DNA from: Naegleria gruberi
Lineage: Eukaryota
Length of the DNA stretch: 3,039 bases
NCBI GenBank assembly: GCA_000004985.1
Contig: GG739236.1
Reading direction: 5' to 3' (one strand)
This document shows, one piece after another, positions 1-3,039 of this stretch; positions within the stretch are counted from its first letter, which is position 1; the number at the start of each line of letters is the position of its first letter. The notes under the pieces were generated by a model. The model made no database searches. It was not told the origin of the DNA and saw only the letters and a list, made by a program, of their open reading frames with translations. Position numbers and translations under genes: made by a program.

Positions 1-177
1 ATTGTTGTTTAGCTCTTGTCAATTGAATTTTTCGAAGATCTTTTCACTGAAATTTCTTTACCATTTAAATTTGCAAGATGATAATCAATGTCTAGTTCCA
101 TTTATAATATTAGATGTATCAATATCAAATAATGGTAATCTTTTAGATAAATCAATCAACTCCAAATTTTGTACAAC

Positions 178-468
178 CTAGACATTCACTGTAAATATAT
201 TTAATTCTGTTGATCTAATGGAATACCTCCGAATCAAATAAATTGTCATATTCAACAGAATCGTTCCCTTTCGATAACATTCCTCCGTAACACTGAATTC
301 AGGTTTTGTAATAATGTGCAAGTTGTTCATCCTCATATAAGCAATAGTTGTAATTTGTTCTATAATGAAATAAAATCCTATTTGAAATGAATATTTTGGG
401 TTCCTATTAGCTTTGATAGCACAACTTCCATTCTTGCATGTTGCATGAAAGCATGTTAACAAGTCCAT
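178..468 (-). CDS. Questionable small ORF (96 aa from the first ATG; the track's 112 aa begins at a TTG); hypothetical protein or spurious.
   Basis: The track ORF 178..516 actually begins with TTG (plus 514-516 caa). The first ATG is at 466-468 (plus cat), preceded on the minus strand by an A-rich leader (ctacaaaaacgaaaaaaacaacATGgac, A at -3). Against coding: codon usage is poor for a yeast gene (AGG x4, CGG, CGA, CTG, ATA x3, ACG x2), in contrast to the neighbouring 871..1407 gene. The composition is dominated by I/F/Y/N as expected from AT-rich non-coding DNA. The stop is TAG at 178-180. Confidence 0.3.
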   Translation of the reverse strand: MDLLTCFHATCKNGSCAIKANRNPKYSFQIGFYFIIEQITTIAYMRMNNLHIITKPEFSVTEECYRKGTILLNMTIYLIRRYSIRSTELNIFTVNV

Positions 469-768
469 GTTGTTTTTTTCGTTTTTGTAGTTCCAAAAGT
501 TACAATGAGTTTCCAACTAATTATTTTAAGCAACACGATCAAGAGGGTTAAATGAGAACATTGGAAACTAATATCCTCCCTTTTCCATATCCAATTGTTG
601 TTGTTGAGTTCTATTCGATAGTTAGATGATACTGAGGTGTTACCATTCCTCTTACTGACTTCTCAATAAGGTTGTTCCACAAATGTTAAACCAATTCAAT
701 TCTCAGAAAACCATTGAACTCTATTAAACTCCATTGTAAATATTGTAATCTTACTCAGTAAAAATTAC

Positions 769-775
769 TATAAAT
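769..775 (+). promoter_or_regulatory. Candidate TATA box (TATAAAT) for the 871..1407 gene.
   Basis: The consensus TATAAA lies at 769-774, about 97-102 bp upstream of the ATG at 871. That is a typical spacing for budding-yeast promoters. It sits in the 354-bp divergent intergenic region 517-870. Confidence 0.5.
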
Positions 776-798
776 TCAAATTGACCATTCTTTATGAT

Positions 799-819
799 AA
801 AGACAAAACAAAAAAACAA
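799..819 (+). promoter_or_regulatory. Poly(dA:dT) tract in the promoter/5' leader of the 871..1407 gene.
   Basis: The sequence aaagacaaaacaaaaaaacaa lies between the TATA box and the ATG. Homopolymeric dA:dT tracts are known nucleosome-excluding promoter elements in yeasts. Its position is consistent with the core promoter or 5' UTR. Confidence 0.4.
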
Positions 820-834
820 TATTCAATATTGAAT
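817..834 (+). promoter_or_regulatory. Tandem CAATATT x2 overlapping a 14-bp perfect palindrome (attcaatattgaat), about 40-55 bp upstream of the ATG.
   Basis: Bases 817-830 are caatatt caatatt (a direct tandem). Bases 821-834, attcaatattgaat, are their own reverse complement. A dyad of this kind is typical of a dimeric transcription-factor site, but a 14-bp AT-rich palindrome is not statistically remarkable on its own. Confidence 0.3.
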
Positions 835-870
835 TGTATCTGAAAACTCCTCAACAAGCTTTATATCAAA

Positions 871-1407
871 ATGACTCAACAAACTCACGAAGAATTATTC
901 AATGAAAACATGTGTGGAAGTGGTTTGGCATTCAAGAAGGTGGTTCGTGAATTATTCAACAATCGTATTGTTCCTGCTACTAAGAATCTTCAACAAGTCA
1001 ATTCAAAGATGATCATCTTGTTGGATTGGGCTTCTCTTGCTGCATTGCCAACTGAAACCAAATACAAGTATGGTGATAGATTTGCTGAAGATACCTTGTT
1101 GAATAATTGCATCAAATTCTTAACTGAAAGTCCAAGATTGAGTAATGTGAGTGAAATTGCCAAGGTTTTCATCAAGGATCCTGATTGTAAGGACGCTTTC
1201 ATGGGATTGGAAAAATTGATTTTCAGAGTTGTCCACAATGGTGATAGTAAGGAATCTTCTGGTTTCCTTGGATATTCTTACAAGGTTAATGGTACTGATT
1301 TGGTTGTCACTTTGGATTGCAATTTGACTCTTATTATGAAGGTTGCTAATGAAAGACAAAGTCCATCTGCTGATTCTGAAGCTAAAAAGTTGATTAATGC
1401 TTTCTAA
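871..1407 (+). CDS. Protein-coding gene for a 178-aa soluble protein of unknown function. I cannot confidently place it in any family.
   Basis: ATG start at 871 in a yeast-like context (ctttatatcaaaATGact, A at -3, A-rich leader); TAA stop at 1405-1407. Codon usage is strongly biased toward yeast-preferred codons (Leu TTG x many, Arg AGA, Gly GGT, Ala GCT, Ser TCT, Lys AAG, Glu GAA, Gln CAA, Phe TTC), with no in-frame CTG, CTA or CTC. A TATAAA sits about 100 bp upstream. No signal peptide or TM-like hydrophobic stretch is evident. It is the longest ORF in the window and is very unlikely to be open by chance in AT-rich DNA. Confidence 0.85.
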   Translation: MTQQTHEELFNENMCGSGLAFKKVVRELFNNRIVPATKNLQQVNSKMIILLDWASLAALPTETKYKYGDRFAEDTLLNNCIKFLTESPRLSNVSEIAKVFIKDPDCKDAFMGLEKLIFRVVHNGDSKESSGFLGYSYKVNGTDLVVTLDCNLTLIMKVANERQSPSADSEAKKLINAF

Positions 1408-1447
1408 TTTTGTAAAATGGCAGTACTTAATGAATCAATATTGAAAA

Positions 1448-1525
1448 ACCAACGGGGGGAGACAACCGGATATTTTTTCAGCACAGGGAGGGTCTTCCCG
1501 CCAACTACTATATTGGGAACTACAG
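1448..1525 (+). repeat. Left arm of the inverted-repeat pair (partner 2062..2133); core agggtcttcccgccaact[a]ctatattgggaactacag.
   Basis: The reverse complement of 2062..2133 aligns to 1448..1525 as follows. accaac(g/agtc)gggga(g/gg)gacaaccgg is followed by a diverged block (atattttttcagcaca vs ctggtaga). Then agggtcttcccgccaact is identical for 18/18, then comes one a/t mismatch, then ctatattgggaactacag is identical for 18/18. Weaker similarity continues inward (atacaNNaaacaaa, to about 1540/2045) and outward (gaatcaat vs gaaccaat, to about 1431/2150). The arm is locally GC-rich within AT-rich DNA. Confidence 0.7.
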
Positions 1526-2061
1526 ATACACAAACAAACCGTCCATTTTTTAACTTTTTGCAATAACCATTCGAAAAAGAACCAATTTGTTCACCTAACA
1601 ACTTTATTTAAAGAATTTCTTTATTTCATGAAGTAATTGTTGTGTTTTTATTTGTTTTTCCTCTTTTGGAAATTATGCACTAGCATGAAAGCTGGAAATT
1701 AGTCTCAACTAATTTAGCTCGTTTTCAATTCTCTAATTGAATGGATACAATCCAAGTCTAGAGATGGTGGAAAACAATGGTTAGATGACACAGCCTTCGG
1801 TTCATTTCTCATTGAGGATGATTTGCCTGGTTAATAGATAAATTCCAGGTGTGTCTATTTGCATTAAAATTCGAAACTATTTTTCATCAATTTCCTTTTT
1901 TGATCACCCAAAGCAAAATGCAAACATGTAAAAAAATACTTTGCTATTGTTATGAAGAATTACAAGACAAATCCAAACCGGACCAAAACATTCAGATAGA
2001 AATGCTATATTCCCACCAATTTATTGATTTTAAACCACAACTTTCTTTGTTTTAATGTATG

Positions 2062-2133
2062 CTGTAGTTCCCAATATAGAAGTTGGCGGGAAGACCCTCT
2101 CTACCAGCCGGTTGTCCCTCCCCGACTGTTGTA
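2062..2133 (-). repeat. Right arm of the inverted-repeat pair (partner 1448..1525).
   Basis: See the left arm. The two arms are in opposite orientation and separated by about 536 bp (1526..2061) of AT-rich sequence that has no ATG-initiated ORF of meaningful length. Confidence 0.7.
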
Positions 2134-2311
2134 AAGTGGTGATTGGTTCTCAGCAAAAATGCACAATCTTTGTTATTGAGAATTTGTCAGCAGAGCTAGA
2201 AGATTGGACTTGCAAACAATCATTGGATTTACTTCTGGGTTTCTGTTGAAACAAAGTTGAATTTATTTGATAAATATCTAATATTCTTCGCCTCATTCAA
2301 AAATTCCTTCA

Positions 2312-2333
2312 ACCTTTTTCAATTGAAAAAGGT
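2312..2333. repeat. Perfect 22-bp palindrome acctttttcaattgaaaaaggt (dyad centred on CAATTG).
   Basis: The reverse complement of 2312-2333 equals itself, and symmetry breaks at 2311/2334 (a vs c). Expected occurrences of a perfect 22-bp palindrome in 3 kb are well below 0.01 even allowing for AT bias. It could form a hairpin of about 9 bp with an AATT loop in ssDNA or RNA, or act as a dimeric protein-binding site. Confidence 0.6.
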
Positions 2334-2730
2334 CTACAAAATGCATCTTGATCCCAACTCAATAGGCTATTGTTCATTGTGACAGAAGAACTTTGTGTAC
2401 GGAGCACATTCAAATAAGAGACATAATTTTTGAGAAGGAGCAGACATCACCCTTAGTTTCCCTTAGAATTTTTGATTCGCACTCTGTATTTGAGAACCAT
2501 TTGTTAGTAATATTTATGGAGCTAACACTCTGTATCAGTACTATAAAGAGTATAACGACCAATATTTCAAAGCTTCAAATCATAGACATTGCCTATCAGA
2601 TTTTGACTTTTTGTGAGTTGAGTACAAGAACCTTAATGGCACAATTCAAAATTTATTTGGAAATGTGCACTAGACTCGATTCGAAAATGGATAAATTGGA
2701 TGTTCTGATACTATTATTCTATCTCGCTAA

Positions 2731-2781
2731 ATTGTTATTGAATCCATTGTTATTGTTATTGAGTTGACCTTATTGTTGTAC
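2731..2781 (+). repeat. Simple-sequence tract based on the motif TTGTTA/ATTGTT (attgttattg ... attgttattgttattgag ... ttattgttgtac).
   Basis: This was seen directly. A similar short tract, ccaattgttgttgttgagtt, is at 591-610. It is a low-complexity microsatellite-like sequence. It accounts for the L/N-rich C-terminus of the spurious track ORF 2393..2767. Confidence 0.45.
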
Positions 2782-2903
2782 ATTTGTGTTTTTAAAAGTT
2801 AAACTGGTGATTTTCTTATATACATTAACGTTAGAATTATTTTGTATGGTACATTAAAAATACAATGACCTAGTAGCTGTTATGGTGGTATTTACAATCT
2901 CTA

Positions 2904-3038
2904 TTTTTTCTTTAGGTTTTGCTCAATCTTGGCATAGTAATCAGTGGTTTGAATCCAATCCATAAATGTTTCATTGACATGCTTTTTGGAAAAGTGATTG
3001 CGATGTATGTTCTTGGAATGCAAATGATGTTGTCCTGG
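2904..3038 (-). CDS. Possible 3' end (C-terminal 45 codons) of a minus-strand gene that continues beyond the right edge of the window.
   Basis: There is an open frame on the minus strand from the window edge (first full codon plus 3036-3038) down to a TAG stop at plus 2901-2903. Translation: PGQHHLHSKNIHRNHFSKKHVNETFMDWIQTTDYYAKIEQNLKKK*. Forty-five open codons in AT-rich DNA is mildly improbable by chance, and codon usage is moderately yeast-like (TTG, AAG, CAA, GAT, TAC, ACC/ACT). The 20-codon ORF on the opposite strand (ATG at 2979) is in the same phase, so the two readings cannot be distinguished here. Confidence 0.25.
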
Positions 3039-3039
3039 A

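Larger units (their letters stand above)
1431..2150. mobile_element. Candidate MITE-like or foldback non-autonomous element, or relic inverted duplication, delimited by the inverted-repeat arms. No transposase ORF, and no clear target-site duplication found.
   Basis: The structure is imperfect inverted repeats of about 75-100 bp flanking about 540 bp of non-coding AT-rich DNA, placed immediately after the stop of the 871..1407 gene. Against a clean TIR element: the repeat boundaries are fuzzy because similarity decays gradually on both sides. I also could not find a direct-repeat TSD flanking 1448 and 2133. Whether it belongs to a multi-copy family cannot be determined from a single window. 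Confidence 0.3.

Noticed and set aside
591-610. Similarity between ccaattgttgttgttgagtt (591-610) and ccattgttattgttattgagtt (2745-2766).
   Set aside because: Both are TTGTT-type simple repeats. The resemblance is explained by low complexity rather than by a dispersed repeat family.
990-1359. Two minus-strand track ORFs (990..1238 and 1120..1359) antisense to the 871..1407 gene.
   Set aside because: They are fully embedded antisense to a strongly codon-biased gene. Such antisense open frames are a routine by-product of biased sense-strand codon usage. There is no independent support.
1448-1525. Possibility that the GC-rich repeat arms are tRNA genes or tRNA-derived SINE heads.
   Set aside because: No acceptor-stem, D-loop or T-loop arrangement can be drawn. 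ggttgtccctcc only vaguely resembles GGTTCGAnTCC, and no cloverleaf is consistent with either arm.
1741-1850. Possible snoRNA or snRNA in the repeat interior (gatgacac resembles part of U6; a ccttcgg tetraloop-like motif; cctgg...ccagg hairpin at 1826-1850).
   Set aside because: There is no intact box C (RUGAUGA) and D (CUGA) pair and no H/ACA arrangement. The match to U6 is limited to about 8 nt. Isolated short hairpins are expected by chance.
1849-2055. Track ORF of 68 aa between the repeat arms.
   Set aside because: It starts at GTG (1849-1851), and the first ATG leaves only about 45 codons. It lies in AT-rich repeat-interior DNA with no bias, and its stop overlaps the ATG of the next spurious ORF.
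1448-2133. Site-specific-recombinase invertible switch (inverted repeats flanking an invertible promoter segment).
   Set aside because: That interpretation belongs to prokaryotic genomes. All other signals here (TATA, A-rich ATG contexts, yeast codon bias, low ORF density) indicate eukaryotic nuclear DNA. There is no recombinase gene nearby.
2503-2509. gttagta on the plus strand (reverse complement of the yeast branch point TACTAAC), with an ACAG 3' splice-site-like sequence on the minus strand 17 nt beyond.
   Set aside because: There is no matching 5' splice-site hexamer (acatac on the plus strand) anywhere upstream of it on the minus strand within the window. There is also no adjoining exon-quality ORF. 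It is probably a chance 7-mer in AT-rich DNA.
2393-2767. Track ORF of 124 aa on the plus strand.
   Set aside because: It begins at TTG (2393-2395). The first ATG is at 2516, leaving 83 aa. The translation is low-complexity (L/I/S/T-rich, ending LLLNPLLLLLS from the TTGTTA simple repeat). There is no yeast-type codon bias, no promoter-like context, and no similarity to anything I recognise.

Overview
This window looks like nuclear DNA from a budding yeast, not a prokaryote. The sequence is AT-rich with low ORF density, and shows TATA and poly(dA) promoter motifs and an A-rich leader before ATG start codons. There is one confident gene: a 178-aa, ATG-initiated ORF on the plus strand (871..1407) with strong yeast-type codon bias (TTG, AGA, GGT, GCT, TCT, AAG, GAA, CAA; no in-frame CTG). 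I could not assign its product. The supplied ORF track evidently allows TTG/GTG starts, because several listed ORFs begin at those codons. Once that is corrected, most of the other ORFs are very likely non-coding. The exceptions are a weak 96-aa candidate on the minus strand (178..468) and a possible gene 3' end running off the right edge on the minus strand (2904..3038). The one structure the gene models do not explain is a pair of inverted repeats immediately 3' of the gene. Each arm is about 75-100 bp, roughly 80% identical overall, with a 37-bp GC-rich core that is almost perfectly conserved (1448..1525 and 2062..2133). The arms bracket about 536 bp of AT-rich DNA with no convincing ORF. 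This is compatible with a MITE-like or foldback non-autonomous transposon remnant, or an old inverted duplication with a constrained core. Smaller oddities are a perfect 22-bp palindrome at 2312..2333 and a tandem-plus-palindrome motif between the TATA box and the ATG of the gene. I see no evidence of a prokaryotic-style system here (defence island, CRISPR, operon). All functional interpretations below are inference from sequence alone.
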